A stretch of DNA of 64,000 bases from an uncultured Clostridium sp. GTDB taxonomy: Bacteria; Bacillota; Clostridia; TANB77; CAG-508. The notes under the pieces were generated by a model, which was not told the origin of the DNA, did no database searches, and worked only from the letters and a program-made list of their open reading frames with translations. Positions 1 to 9,939 of this stretch are shown here, piece after piece; the stretch's first letter is position 1, and every line of letters begins with the position of its first letter. Made by a program: the position numbers and the translations under genes. Location: positions 123,450 to 187,449 of the forward strand of contig CAYJGL010000001.1 of the NCBI GenBank assembly GCA_964369695.1. The letters run 5' to 3'.

Positions 1-1086
1 ATATTCAGATAATAAATTATAAAAGTCCCTTTCAGAAATCAAATTATTTCTATTTCTAATAAAATTTATAATAGAAGTTCTAAGATCTTTTCCCTCTAAA
101 GCATCTGTTCCACCATCAGCATATGTTATTTCTGCTTTTACCAAATCATTAAGTGGAATTGTATATGCTCCTATCTGTTCTTGTGTATCCAAAGATGATA
201 AGAATATACGAGCTCTTCCGCCTGTTACTTTAAGATTTTGTTGGGATATATTTCCTAAAGTACCAGCAGTATATTTGATAATTGCTTTAACAACTGTATT
301 TGGAATATGTTTTCCATGTATGCCTGAACCTAATTCTAAAAATACTTTTCCGTTAGGTAAATATTTTATAAAAACAACATTCTCATCTCCTTGAGTAAAA
401 TAATCGACGAGCCTTGTTTCATATTTTATAAATTCACCATCTGTTTCTTCTTGTATAAATACTTCAACAGAACTGATTTTAGAATCATTATTTCCATTTG
501 ATAATTCTAAAATTTTAGAATAATATGAACCATATGAATAAAATGGAAGAGTGAATTGTTTGATTTCGAAATCATATTGAATTAAATCTATAATCGGTAC
601 TTTAGGATTAGCTGTTGAAAAAGGTATATAAGTTACTTTTCCTCCAGAATCTGTAATTTGACAAGAAGAACCTTTAAATATATATTTTGAATCTAATAAA
701 AATTTCAGTCCATTGATTATAATTTCTAAATTTTCTATCAATATAGTCATTTCAACATTATTTGAGGAAGCTGGTATAGCTCTATAATCTAATTCAAAAT
801 TTCCAACAGCAGAGGATGGAGTCGATAATAATGGAAAATATCCATAAACGGAACCATGCATAATTAAATTTTCATAATTATCAGCAGTCCCAACAAAAGC
901 TTCTCTAAATAAAGTATCATAATATTGTTTTATATCTTGTTGAGTAAATCCAAGAATATGTAATAATAATCCTATAATACCTACTTTTGATACTTGTAAT
1001 CCTCTAGCATTTAATTCTTTTTTCAATTCATTATAATAATGATCTATATATTCAGAAGCAGATGTTAAATTTTGAATAGAATCCAT
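1..1086 (-). CDS. Baseplate wedge protein, Baseplate_J / T4 gp6-like (first 362 codons; gene runs off left edge)
   Basis: Not in supplied track because truncated. ATG at 1086-1084 preceded by GGAGA (rc of 1091-1095); open on minus strand to position 1. Translation MDSIQNLTSASEYIDHYYNEL... ends ...ITYADGGTDALEGKDLRTSIINFIRNRNNLISERDFYNLL. That tail resembles the GG.D.E...LR.R......(S/T)..DY signature of Baseplate_J proteins. Confidence 0.5.
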   Translation of the reverse strand, partial: MDSIQNLTSASEYIDHYYNELKKELNARGLQVSKVGIIGLLLHILGFTQQDIKQYYDTLFREAFVGTADNYENLIMHGSVYGYFPLLSTPSSAVGNFELDYRAIPASSNNVEMTILIENLEIIINGLKFLLDSKYIFKGSSCQITDSGGKVTYIPFSTANPKVPIIDLIQYDFEIKQFTLPFYSYGSYYSKILELSNGNNDSKISSVEVFIQEETDGEFIKYETRLVDYFTQGDENVVFIKYLPNGKVFLELGSGIHGKHIPNTVVKAIIKYTAGTLGNISQQNLKVTGGRARIFLSSLDTQEQIGAYTIPLNDLVKAEITYADGGTDALEGKDLRTSIINFIRNRNNLISERDFYNLLSEY

Positions 1087-1098
1087 AAATTCTCCTAA

Positions 1099-1938
1099 TT
1101 ATTTGAATAAAGTAGTAAAAGATCCTCCATCAGAATATAGGGCTGATATTTTGCTATAAAATTCTGATAAAATAAAAGAATCTTTATCTAGTCCAACTGT
1201 ATTTGTTAAACCTCCAGTATATTGTCTAAACCAAGAACAAGCATATGAGACTGGTAGCATAACAAGTTCATTTGAATCTCTTCTACCTATTATTTCTTTA
1301 TCTGGTATATTTAACGGAAATATTCCAGTAGCTTTTCCAACATAGTTTATATCACCAAAATATAATCCTCTAGTTGGTTTTGTTCTAACAACATATGCAG
1401 ATGACATATAATCTATTTGACCAAATTTACTATTAGGATCATCATTAGGTGTATAATATGCAGCGTCTGGTTTTATTTGACTATTATCAGATGTCTTTTT
1501 TCCTCTTAAAATATCTTCAATATAATTTACCCATATTTTATGAAAGGCAAACATATGATTATCTTTATTATCAATATAAACAATATTTAATTGTCCTGTT
1601 GGATTTACTTGAGCACCAAAAGGTAAAGCACCAGTATGAGCTGGTAATTCGGATGCAGTTACTTGTATGTTTGGAGGAGTAAAATCCATAGCTAAAAAAC
1701 AAGCTAATTTACAATGTTTTCCTAAAGGACTTATATCTCCTTCTGCTAATCCATATCCAGATAAATGAGGAGGCATTATAAATATTAATGTATAACCACT
1801 AATATCTGGATGAAATTGTCCCATTTCATTTGGTAAACCATACAACATACTAGTAAAATAATATAATGGACCATTAACTCCACCTAATGATCCATTTAAC
1901 ATTTCTCTTATTAAAAATGAATATTGAGGATCTTCCAC
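1099..1938 (-). CDS. T4 gp19/gp54-family tail tube or baseplate-tube junction protein (tentative)
   Basis: 279 aa. Segment CFLAMDFTPPNIQVTASELPAHTGALPFGAQVNPTGQLNIVYIDNKDNHMFAFHKIWVNYI resembles by eye the core of the Phage_T4_gp19 family. Lies directly upstream of the baseplate J-like gene. Confidence 0.4.
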   Translation of the reverse strand: MEDPQYSFLIREMLNGSLGGVNGPLYYFTSMLYGLPNEMGQFHPDISGYTLIFIMPPHLSGYGLAEGDISPLGKHCKLACFLAMDFTPPNIQVTASELPAHTGALPFGAQVNPTGQLNIVYIDNKDNHMFAFHKIWVNYIEDILRGKKTSDNSQIKPDAAYYTPNDDPNSKFGQIDYMSSAYVVRTKPTRGLYFGDINYVGKATGIFPLNIPDKEIIGRRDSNELVMLPVSYACSWFRQYTGGLTNTVGLDKDSFILSEFYSKISALYSDGGSFTTLFK

Positions 1939-1950
1939 TATTACCTCTTT

Positions 1951-3213
1951 TTAATATATTGTTTTTCCACTACAAAGAACTTTTTGTAAATTATATGCAA
2001 AACCATATAGAATAACTTTACGAATATGTCCTTGTCTTGGGGTTGAATAACTTGAATATTTAACATATTTTATTTTTTCATCAAATATAATTTCTAATAA
2101 ATGATCTATTATTTTTTTCAATTGAACAATTACAGGAGAGTGTTTAGATGATATAAATTTGCGTTTAACAGTATCATTTATAAAGGATGGATTACAAATA
2201 TCATTTTTCGAAGTTATTTGTAATTGTTTAAACATAAGTTCTAAAATATCTCTAATATGATCAGTATATCTAGTATCATGAAGTCCTTTCAATATCATAT
2301 CGATTGCTTGTGCATTAACCGTAGATGTTTTAATTACAAAATTTAAAAAGACAGAATCATAATTCGGATTAATATTCATAACAATATAATTAACTGCTTC
2401 GTTTATAACATCATCAAATTCATAATTGCTATAATGATCTGTATTATTTGTATTATTATCTGAATCATATGGGTTTGATGTTGATTTTGGTTTAGATATT
2501 TTAAGTCCTTTTTCAGAAGCATCATAATATGCGGCAGCTATACCACTTCTTGCTTTGTTATTTCCGGTAGCAAGATCTATTCCTATATTTGAAACAAATA
2601 ATTGCCTTAATCTTCCCCAGGATTGATCAAATAATCTTTTTGTTTTCAAAACATCTTTACCAATATCATTACTGTATTTTTTTAATAAAGTTGGTGTAAA
2701 ATATTGAATAATCATAGTTATAGGAATGTCATATTTTCTAGCAACATATTTACCACTTAAATTTGCAATAACATATCTCATAATATCTGGATTGCACCAC
2801 TTAATATATGTCATTCTGCGCCCATTCCATAATTTACACATCATCAATGAATGGGCTGATTTAGCTATAGATTCATTTCTATGTCTTATTCCATAAATTA
2901 TCAACAAGCAAAGAATATGATAATACGGATTATTGGCCATAAATGCAGATTGAGGTATTTTCCATCCAGATGTAAATGATTGTTGAATTTTATTTATATC
3001 AATATCTATTAATTGAGCTATATTTAAAATGTCTTTTTCTGGTATTTTAAAAGTCATGCAATATCCAGTATTTTGACCTATAGCATCAGAATATAATTTT
3101 CTAAGATTTTTTTCTAATTCTATTTGTATTTTGAGTTCTATATTATCTTTTGAAGTTTCTATTTTATTTTTTAATTCAATATAAACAGATTCAATGGGGT
3201 TGGTATTAATCAT
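1951..3213 (-). CDS. Hypothetical protein (virion-module context)
   Basis: 420-aa ORF, AAGGAG SD before ATG, 9-12 nt spacing to neighbours in a co-directional block. No motif recognised. Confidence 0.8.
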   Translation of the reverse strand: MINTNPIESVYIELKNKIETSKDNIELKIQIELEKNLRKLYSDAIGQNTGYCMTFKIPEKDILNIAQLIDIDINKIQQSFTSGWKIPQSAFMANNPYYHILCLLIIYGIRHRNESIAKSAHSLMMCKLWNGRRMTYIKWCNPDIMRYVIANLSGKYVARKYDIPITMIIQYFTPTLLKKYSNDIGKDVLKTKRLFDQSWGRLRQLFVSNIGIDLATGNNKARSGIAAAYYDASEKGLKISKPKSTSNPYDSDNNTNNTDHYSNYEFDDVINEAVNYIVMNINPNYDSVFLNFVIKTSTVNAQAIDMILKGLHDTRYTDHIRDILELMFKQLQITSKNDICNPSFINDTVKRKFISSKHSPVIVQLKKIIDHLLEIIFDEKIKYVKYSSYSTPRQGHIRKVILYGFAYNLQKVLCSGKTIY

Positions 3214-3222
3214 ATCTGCTCC

Positions 3223-3924
3223 TTAAATTATAGTAGCTAATATTTTGGAAATATCATAAGATTGTTCTTGAAATAATTCCCATATTTCTCCTAATTTATT
3301 TTGCTCAAATATCTTACCATAATTTTCATCTGATAATAAATCTTCAACATTTGAACGTATAGCTAATGGGAAATTTATATGTTCTATTAATTGATGCATA
3401 ATAATAGTTTTAGTTCCAAAAACAATAGCTTCTTCTTCATTAACAGATTCAGAGATAATGATATCACCTGCTATTTGTCTTACTGATGATAAATATTTAT
3501 TTTCTCGTTGTTCTTGAGTTAAAGAATAATAATTATTATTAATAAATTCATTAATTATTCTTTTTGCAGAATTATATAAAAAATCATCACTCTCATTTAA
3601 AGAGTTCTCTTGAAATCCATATAACTTAGGTTTTATATTTAAATGTTCATATAATTGTTTCGTTGTAGTTAACATATTTGCTAATAAATGATTAATAGAA
3701 TCTTTATATTCTTCATTTAAATTTTCAAACATAACTTTATAAAACATTGTATCTAATTTTATTTTATTTTCAAAAAAATCATCATGATATTCTTCAAATA
3801 TTTGTTTTTGAAAATGCCGTTTATAATCTATATTCTCTTCAACCACTTTATTATTATCATTTATTCTTTGCAATGCCCCTTGGGCTGTTGATGCTAATTT
3901 TATTCTATTTTGCAAATCAAACAT
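3223..3924 (-). CDS. Hypothetical protein
   Basis: 233-aa ORF tightly packed in the minus-strand block. No motif recognised. Confidence 0.75.
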   Translation of the reverse strand: MFDLQNRIKLASTAQGALQRINDNNKVVEENIDYKRHFQKQIFEEYHDDFFENKIKLDTMFYKVMFENLNEEYKDSINHLLANMLTTTKQLYEHLNIKPKLYGFQENSLNESDDFLYNSAKRIINEFINNNYYSLTQEQRENKYLSSVRQIAGDIIISESVNEEEAIVFGTKTIIMHQLIEHINFPLAIRSNVEDLLSDENYGKIFEQNKLGEIWELFQEQSYDISKILATII

Positions 3925-3934
3925 TTGATCCTCC

Positions 3935-5998
3935 TTAAAATCCAGGAATAATATCCTTTTGATGTTTTATATAATTATCTAAATTTTGTAAAGATATTTT
4001 ATTAGGCCAAGACATATGCATAAATTGATAATATACCATATTTTTATAATTATCTATAACCATTAAATTAGGAACTTTTAATTGATCATTAATTATATTT
4101 ATCATTTTATTAATATTATTTAAATTTGGATTAACATAATCATATTTTTTTAATAGATCTAATTCAGGATCTTTATCAGGATTTTTAGATTTTAATAATT
4201 GTTGTAAATTTCTAGAATTATATATAGTATATAAATATTTAAAAATATCTAATGGAATAACCATGCAATAATTTGGAAAATCTAAAACATCTTTTCTTTG
4301 TATATCAATATCAATCTCAATATCATTAATATATTCACACATATATGAAAAGAAATTCCATATAAAGAAAAACCATAATAATTCAGAAATAGAATTTGAT
4401 ATATTATTTATTGTTCTTATAAAAAATTTTAAACATTTAAGATCATCATTTCTTCCACAAACAAGTCTGTGGAAATTACCATATCTATTTCTAAATAAAT
4501 TTAAATCTCCATTATCAATATTATCATCATATAAACTATATTGTTCCCCTTTATAAAAAAATGTTTCTACATTGTTTTTAAATCTATTTTTAATATTGGT
4601 AAACATATTTTCTAATTGAGTTTCTCCTACTACAAAATCTAATAAAAAATTCTCTATAGAAATATAATAAGGTTTTATAGAATATGCTGTTTCTGATATT
4701 GATTTACTAAAATTAATAATGTCATCTGTATGAAATCTGATAGGTATTCTAATATTTTGTTCTAATATATTTAACTGTTTTTCTATTGCTTGAGTATTTG
4801 TTTTATTATTATGACACATATTTCTTAATTCATCAATTTTGACTTGAGCATTATCTAATCGAATATGTGTATCTTTAGTATAATCTATTAAACTAGATGT
4901 TAAATGAGTAGTCACATCATTAAATATTTGAGACATTGAATGGCATGTATGTTCTGTAAATGTATTTATTTTTTGATTAAAATCTATTTCAGAAGGAATA
5001 GGACCCATTAAACTTTCTAAACTATGTAGAGCAGGAATAATAAAAGAACTAACATATGCAGAAAAACTATTCATAGCATTATCAAAATGTTTCTTTTGAT
5101 TTTTTGTTTGAATAACAGGAACACTTTCACTTGTAGATGATGATGTTGTTCCTAAGTTATGAGTTTCTACATTCCATTTATTAATATTTAGCATTTTCTT
5201 TAAAGATATGCATGCTTTTTTCGTTTCATCACTAACATATGAATTAATACGATTCATCCAATAATCTTTATCATTTATTTTTCTATCAGGAGTTCCGTAA
5301 CCTACTTTAAATTTATCTTTTTTCAAATTATTTCTATATTTATCATCAAATAACATAGTTAATAATTTTTTAGAATCTGCATTTTTTATAATATCCATTA
5401 TTTTATCTAAAGAACTTTCTTTATTTAACGGCAAATTTCCATACAATATAGAAATAGATAATATTAAATACAATGCATTCGCATTTATAGTTGTATGTTT
5501 TGTTCCTAATATTAATGGGATTTGTAATAAATTTTCTTGAACTGATATAGATGAGATGATAGGTCTAAATACATTATATCTTGAATCATATTTTAATTGA
5601 TTTTTTATAAAATGAATTAATTCATGAATTCTTCTTTGATATTCAGCAAGGGTGTATTCATTGTCATATGATTTATAATTACCAAAATCTGGTATAGAAT
5701 CATCATTCATATGGTTTAATGATTTTAATATTTGCTGAGTTGGATTAGTATATTTATTATTTGATGTAGTTGTATTAAAATTAACAGCATCTGAAATTAC
5801 AGAGTTAATGTTTGATAATTTTATTTGACTTATAAAATCAATACACATAAAATCTCTAAGATCATTTGCATATTTTTGTAATTGTGAATCAAACAACATA
5901 GGATATAAAAAAACTAATCTTTGTCCTTCTTGACTAGAATGTTTCATATTTGTTGGTTGTCTTATATTTCTTAGAGAATTTGATCCTATTAATTGCAT
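3935..5998 (-). CDS. Hypothetical large protein (687 aa)
   Basis: Long ORF; AAGGAG 7 nt before ATG. No motif recognised. Confidence 0.85.
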   Translation of the reverse strand: MQLIGSNSLRNIRQPTNMKHSSQEGQRLVFLYPMLFDSQLQKYANDLRDFMCIDFISQIKLSNINSVISDAVNFNTTTSNNKYTNPTQQILKSLNHMNDDSIPDFGNYKSYDNEYTLAEYQRRIHELIHFIKNQLKYDSRYNVFRPIISSISVQENLLQIPLILGTKHTTINANALYLILSISILYGNLPLNKESSLDKIMDIIKNADSKKLLTMLFDDKYRNNLKKDKFKVGYGTPDRKINDKDYWMNRINSYVSDETKKACISLKKMLNINKWNVETHNLGTTSSSTSESVPVIQTKNQKKHFDNAMNSFSAYVSSFIIPALHSLESLMGPIPSEIDFNQKINTFTEHTCHSMSQIFNDVTTHLTSSLIDYTKDTHIRLDNAQVKIDELRNMCHNNKTNTQAIEKQLNILEQNIRIPIRFHTDDIINFSKSISETAYSIKPYYISIENFLLDFVVGETQLENMFTNIKNRFKNNVETFFYKGEQYSLYDDNIDNGDLNLFRNRYGNFHRLVCGRNDDLKCLKFFIRTINNISNSISELLWFFFIWNFFSYMCEYINDIEIDIDIQRKDVLDFPNYCMVIPLDIFKYLYTIYNSRNLQQLLKSKNPDKDPELDLLKKYDYVNPNLNNINKMINIINDQLKVPNLMVIDNYKNMVYYQFMHMSWPNKISLQNLDNYIKHQKDIIPGF

Positions 5999-6009
5999 TC
6001 ATCATCTCC

Positions 6010-6825
6010 TTACGAATATGTTTTATCTAAAATTTCTTTTATTCTACTATTTTTATATTCATTTGCATATTCGTTTTTAATCATTGTTATTATTTTTTTT
6101 ATTCTTCTTTCTGAATTTGGGTGAGTACTTCCATAAATAAAATCTCTAATAATATATAATGTTCTTAAAAATTTCCCATGACTTTCTATTTCTTTATTTT
6201 TAAAAATTTTAAATGCATGTATTAATTCATCACCATATCCATATTCAACTGCTAATTTATCAGCATTATATTCTGACATGTGTTGAGTAAAATATAATGA
6301 TCTGCCTACTAAAAATAAAATTCCAAAAACACTTTGTCCAATTATAGGTATCTTTGATAATAAAGTTATAAATTTAGTAGACAATTCACTTATTTCATTT
6401 AAAACTTTTAAACCACCAGTTAAATGATTTACAATATGTCCTATTTCATGAAGTAATATGGCTGTAATTTCTCTAGGATTTAATTCATCTAATAATTCTT
6501 TACCATAAACAAGATGTAACCTTTCTATATTGCCTAATTCTATTTTCTTTTTATTTTTATTTATCTTTCCAAATTTATAAATAGGAATAACACAAAAATT
6601 AAAAGCACCTGAGCCTAAATAGTCAGTATATATTTCAACCTTGCAACTTAATAATTTAGATAAGTAAATTTCTAATTTTTTATTTAACTTTGCAATATCC
6701 AATTTATCTTTACATGCTTTTAATTGTTTAAAAATTAAATCAACTTGTTGCAATCCTTGCAATCTATTAGTTCCAATTTCTAATAAAACTTGTTGAGATA
6801 TAGATATATTATTTTGTTTGCACAT
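6010..6825 (-). CDS. M48 (HtpX/Ste24)-like zinc metallopeptidase
   Basis: HEIGH (HExxH) in ILLHEIGHIVNH; downstream EYNADKLAVEYG (E..AD..A); C-terminal THPNSERRIKKI like the M48 HP...eRI motif; hydrophobic segment IPIIGQSVFGILFLVG. Track start 6846 is GTG; ATG at 6825 has GGAGG 5 nt upstream. Confidence 0.75.
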   Translation of the reverse strand: MCKQNNISISQQVLLEIGTNRLQGLQQVDLIFKQLKACKDKLDIAKLNKKLEIYLSKLLSCKVEIYTDYLGSGAFNFCVIPIYKFGKINKNKKKIELGNIERLHLVYGKELLDELNPREITAILLHEIGHIVNHLTGGLKVLNEISELSTKFITLLSKIPIIGQSVFGILFLVGRSLYFTQHMSEYNADKLAVEYGYGDELIHAFKIFKNKEIESHGKFLRTLYIIRDFIYGSTHPNSERRIKKIITMIKNEYANEYKNSRIKEILDKTYS

Positions 6826-7771
6826 TATTTCCTCCATATTGTCCACATAATTGTTTATATAAGCAAAAGAAACAACCTTTCGTTAAGATATATTCATCAT
6901 TCATTGGAGGTATAATTTGATTATCAATATAATAATTAATTCTTTTAATTTTATTCAATAACCAATTCATATGTTCTGTTATATCCAATTTTGTTAAATT
7001 TAAATCTATAGATGTTATAAAATGAAATTGATTTTGTCTGGATTGTAATAATTGTTTGACTTGTTTTGCATTATTTTGAGCTTCACTAAATGATTTTACA
7101 TCAGATGACATTATATCATGAGCAACATATATTAATTGAATTAACTCAATATTGTAATGATCTAATTTTGGAGGAGGAGTTCTAGTATTTTGTTGAGATT
7201 GTATTTCTTGTAAATGATTTTCTAACAAATATTTATATAATAATGTTTGGTAAAAATCTTCATCTCTGGGTCTTTTACTTTTTATAATTTTATAATAATC
7301 AGTATATGTACAACTTTTAATTTCAACTAAAACATTATTATTGATTAAGCAGTCAATTCTTGTAGAACATTTTATAGAAGGAACTTTCATAGAGACTTCT
7401 TGTTCCGTAAATCCAGTATATGTTGATTGTATAAAATCATGTATTGCATTTCCTATATTCGCTCTCAATGATATAGGCAACCAAACATCATGATAATCAG
7501 CAATAGGATAATGTAATAATTTAAAAACAACATCTCTTATACAATTATGTGCAATATCATAAGAATTAATCAACTGAGCATTATTTCTATATTCTTTATT
7601 TTTATTATGTGACTTATCATTTAAATCGTCTATAAAATCCTGAACATGAAATAATTTAGGAGCAGGATTATTTTGAATTTGTAAATCTTGAGTTTGAGGG
7701 TTATTATCGTTATTGATATTTTGATTAGTAGTTTTATCATTTATATTATTTAAAAGATTTGTATAACTCAT
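6809..7771 (-). CDS. Cas4/RecB-family PD-(D/E)XK nuclease with Fe-S cysteine cluster
   Basis: RIDCLINNNVLVEIKSC (D...E-x-K), QTLLY (QxxxY motif), C-terminal C-x2-C-x5-C (CFFCLYKQLC), as in Cas4/AddB-type nucleases. Confidence 0.7.
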   Translation of the reverse strand: MSYTNLLNNINDKTTNQNINNDNNPQTQDLQIQNNPAPKLFHVQDFIDDLNDKSHNKNKEYRNNAQLINSYDIAHNCIRDVVFKLLHYPIADYHDVWLPISLRANIGNAIHDFIQSTYTGFTEQEVSMKVPSIKCSTRIDCLINNNVLVEIKSCTYTDYYKIIKSKRPRDEDFYQTLLYKYLLENHLQEIQSQQNTRTPPPKLDHYNIELIQLIYVAHDIMSSDVKSFSEAQNNAKQVKQLLQSRQNQFHFITSIDLNLTKLDITEHMNWLLNKIKRINYYIDNQIIPPMNDEYILTKGCFFCLYKQLCGQYGGNNVQTK

Positions 7772-7793
7772 TAAAATCTTGCTCCATTATTAA

Positions 7794-8012
7794 TTATTTT
7801 GGATGAAATGCTTTTTTGGCTTTATCCATAGCTTTTACTCTATACTTCTCAAATAACATAGCTTTAAACTGCATATGTTTAGATTTAGCACCATGATATT
7901 TTTTATATAATGGGTCTTTAGCTTGAACTGCTAAATCTATAGCAAATTTATGAGCTAATGCATTTATTTTAGAAGACCTATCTTTTCGTATAAAAGATGT
8001 GTTTGTTGACAT
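7794..8012 (-). CDS. Small basic helical protein (72 aa)
   Basis: Lys-rich ORF in an operon-like position. No motif. Confidence 0.6.
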   Translation of the reverse strand: MSTNTSFIRKDRSSKINALAHKFAIDLAVQAKDPLYKKYHGAKSKHMQFKAMLFEKYRVKAMDKAKKAFHPK

Positions 8013-8015
8013 ATT

Positions 8016-9047
8016 TTATCTCCTATTTTTATCAAATGGTTTTTTATCAAATGGTTTTTTATCAAATGGTTTTTTATCAAATGGTTTTTTATCATATTGT
8101 TTATTGCTGAATCCATTATTAATAGTTCCTAGTTTCAATTGTTGACTTAAAACACTTTTATATTTTTGATTCCATTCATCTCTTTTTTGAGGATCTTCAA
8201 ATAAAACTTCAACAGCTTCTCTAAAAACAACATAATGTTCTTTTAATAATTTAAAATACGGCTTACATATTCCTTCAGAAGAAACTGGAGATAATAATAA
8301 CATAATATCATTAATGTCTTTTCCTCTTTCTCCACTACCTTTTAAACAATTAGAATAAGATTCGCATAAAAATTCAATATTTTGCAACATAGTAAGCAAG
8401 TAACATTCTATCAAACAATCAACTTGTTTTGCAGCATATGTTGGAACTAAAGAATTACTATTTAAAGATATACCAGCCCATGCCGTTACTTCTGAATCTT
8501 TAACATTACATTTCTTATAACATGTTTGAGTATTATTATTAAAAACTGCTTGTTTAACTTTTCCAGATAATGTTTTTTTATTTATAAATGTAGCAACTTT
8601 TTTATTTAAATCATTTAATTTAGTAAGAATGTGCCATTGAACTTTTGATAATTTTTTATAATTTGCAATTCCTATTAATATAGATAATAAACCACCAACA
8701 GCTGCACCCAACATAACACCTTCAGAATAATTTAATAAAAACTCTTCGCTTGTTTTGTATTTTGTTAAATCATCAAATTCAAGTATATCTGAATTTATAT
8801 TATATATTTCTGATAAATAATTATCTAATAGATTATATAAAACTTTTTGATTGAATCCCATGTCTGAATTTTCATGCAACTCAATATATAAATTTTCATC
8901 TTCGAGTTTTAAATTATTCATTAAACCAATCAATTCATTAGATAACTCATTAATAGCCTGTTGTTTAGTTTTCCAAATATTTAATGAATTTAAATTAAAA
9001 TCATTATAATAAGCTTCTGACATACTTTTTATAAACGGATGATTCAT
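8016..9047 (-). CDS. Membrane-type protein with glycine-zipper segment and C-terminal (KKPFD)n repeat
   Basis: 343 aa. GVMLGAAVGGLLSILIGIANY hydrophobic Gly-zipper; C-terminus DKKPFDKKPFDKKPFDKKPFDKNRR encoded by a 15-bp tandem repeat. Promoter-like motif and SD upstream. Confidence 0.8.
   Translation of the reverse strand: MNHPFIKSMSEAYYNDFNLNSLNIWKTKQQAINELSNELIGLMNNLKLEDENLYIELHENSDMGFNQKVLYNLLDNYLSEIYNINSDILEFDDLTKYKTSEEFLLNYSEGVMLGAAVGGLLSILIGIANYKKLSKVQWHILTKLNDLNKKVATFINKKTLSGKVKQAVFNNNTQTCYKKCNVKDSEVTAWAGISLNSNSLVPTYAAKQVDCLIECYLLTMLQNIEFLCESYSNCLKGSGERGKDINDIMLLLSPVSSEGICKPYFKLLKEHYVVFREAVEVLFEDPQKRDEWNQKYKSVLSQQLKLGTINNGFSNKQYDKKPFDKKPFDKKPFDKKPFDKNRR
8031..8090. repeat. 15-bp tandem repeat x4 (ATCAAATGGTTTTTT), in frame = (KKPFD)n
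   Basis: Four perfect copies read directly, with partial copies flanking. Confidence 0.9.
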
Positions 9048-9074
9048 AAATTATTCTCCTTCTATGTATATTCT

Positions 9075-9092
9075 TTATATCTATATTTTTTT
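9075..9092 (-). promoter_or_regulatory. Promoter-like motif AAAAAAATATAGATATAA
   Basis: Read on the minus strand. Lies 27 nt upstream of ATG 9047, directly after the terminator hairpin. Confidence 0.4.
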
Positions 9093-9094
9093 GT

Positions 9095-9140
9095 TTCAAA
9101 AATAAGAATGAGAATAACTTAAAAAAATATTCTCATTCTT
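9095..9140 (-). terminator. Rho-independent terminator
   Basis: 13-bp perfect stem AAGAATGAGAATA (9104-9116) / TATTCTCATTCTT (9128-9140), enclosing the TGA of gene 9133-9696. Followed on the minus strand by ATTTTTG. Confidence 0.65.
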
Positions 9141-9696
9141 TCTTATTAATCCACCGATAAGGAAATAACCAAGTTTCTATTTCTTTTCCATATTTTTTAG
9201 TAGTTATTAATGGTTTAAATTTTATAGATTTTGAATTTTTATTATTATGTATTTTTATTTTACCAATATAATTCATATCAATAGGTTTAGTTATCCAAGT
9301 TTCATCAGTAACATCAGCATCAAATACTAATCTTCGTTTTACAATTTCTTTATTAGAAATAATATGATTTGGACTTATTTTATTTTGTTTAATAGCATAA
9401 ACATATCCTACGGCTACTCTACTTCTAAATCCTTCGTGTCGAAATTTTTTAGCTTTATCAGCTCTTACAAATACATATGGAGAACCTAAAATACACCCAT
9501 CTATACTAGTCGATACACATATTCTAGGAATATGCCCGTCTTCTAATGATTTAATATTTACTTGAGGAACTCTTGGAATTAATTTTATTTTTTCTCCATA
9601 ATATTTCATAGATAAGTGATAATAATATATATTATCATTATCAACATCATCAATATAATCAGATAAAGATTCATATACTAACATATTGATATTCAT
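9133..9696 (-). CDS. N-terminally tagged protein (MNINMLVYESL...), function unknown
   Basis: 187 aa, AAGGA SD. Carries the shared tag. Contains YYYHLS...LIPRVP, similar to the YLYHIS...LLSPRG segment of ORF 32222-32797. Confidence 0.8.
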   Translation of the reverse strand: MNINMLVYESLSDYIDDVDNDNIYYYHLSMKYYGEKIKLIPRVPQVNIKSLEDGHIPRICVSTSIDGCILGSPYVFVRADKAKKFRHEGFRSRVAVGYVYAIKQNKISPNHIISNKEIVKRRLVFDADVTDETWITKPIDMNYIGKIKIHNNKNSKSIKFKPLITTKKYGKEIETWLFPYRWINKKE

Positions 9697-9708
9697 ATTA
9701 AATCCTTA

Positions 9709-9741
9709 AATGGGAAGATTAATGATTATAATCTTCCCATT
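9709..9741 (-). terminator. 12-bp hairpin between genes (weak terminator or attenuator)
   Basis: AATGGGAAGATT (9709-9720) / AATCTTCCCATT (9730-9741). Only a short T-run on the minus strand. Confidence 0.35.
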
Positions 9742-9744
9742 ATT

Positions 9745-9939
9745 TTATTTTTTATACTTTCTTTTATTTTGTCTTCTTATTTTATTTTTTAAACGCCTTT
9801 TTATCTTTTCTTTTTGATTGATATATTTATTTTTAACATTATCATTTTTCCATAACAGATAATAAATATATGATGAACTATTAAGAAATTCAGATGCATT
9901 TGGTATATTTAAAATATCTGAATTTGGACTTATTTTCAT
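9745..9939 (-). CDS. Small highly basic protein (64 aa)
   Basis: C-terminus KEKIKRRLKNKIRRQNKRKYKK. Start abuts the recombinase stop. Confidence 0.5.
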   Translation of the reverse strand: MKISPNSDILNIPNASEFLNSSSYIYYLLWKNDNVKNKYINQKEKIKRRLKNKIRRQNKRKYKK

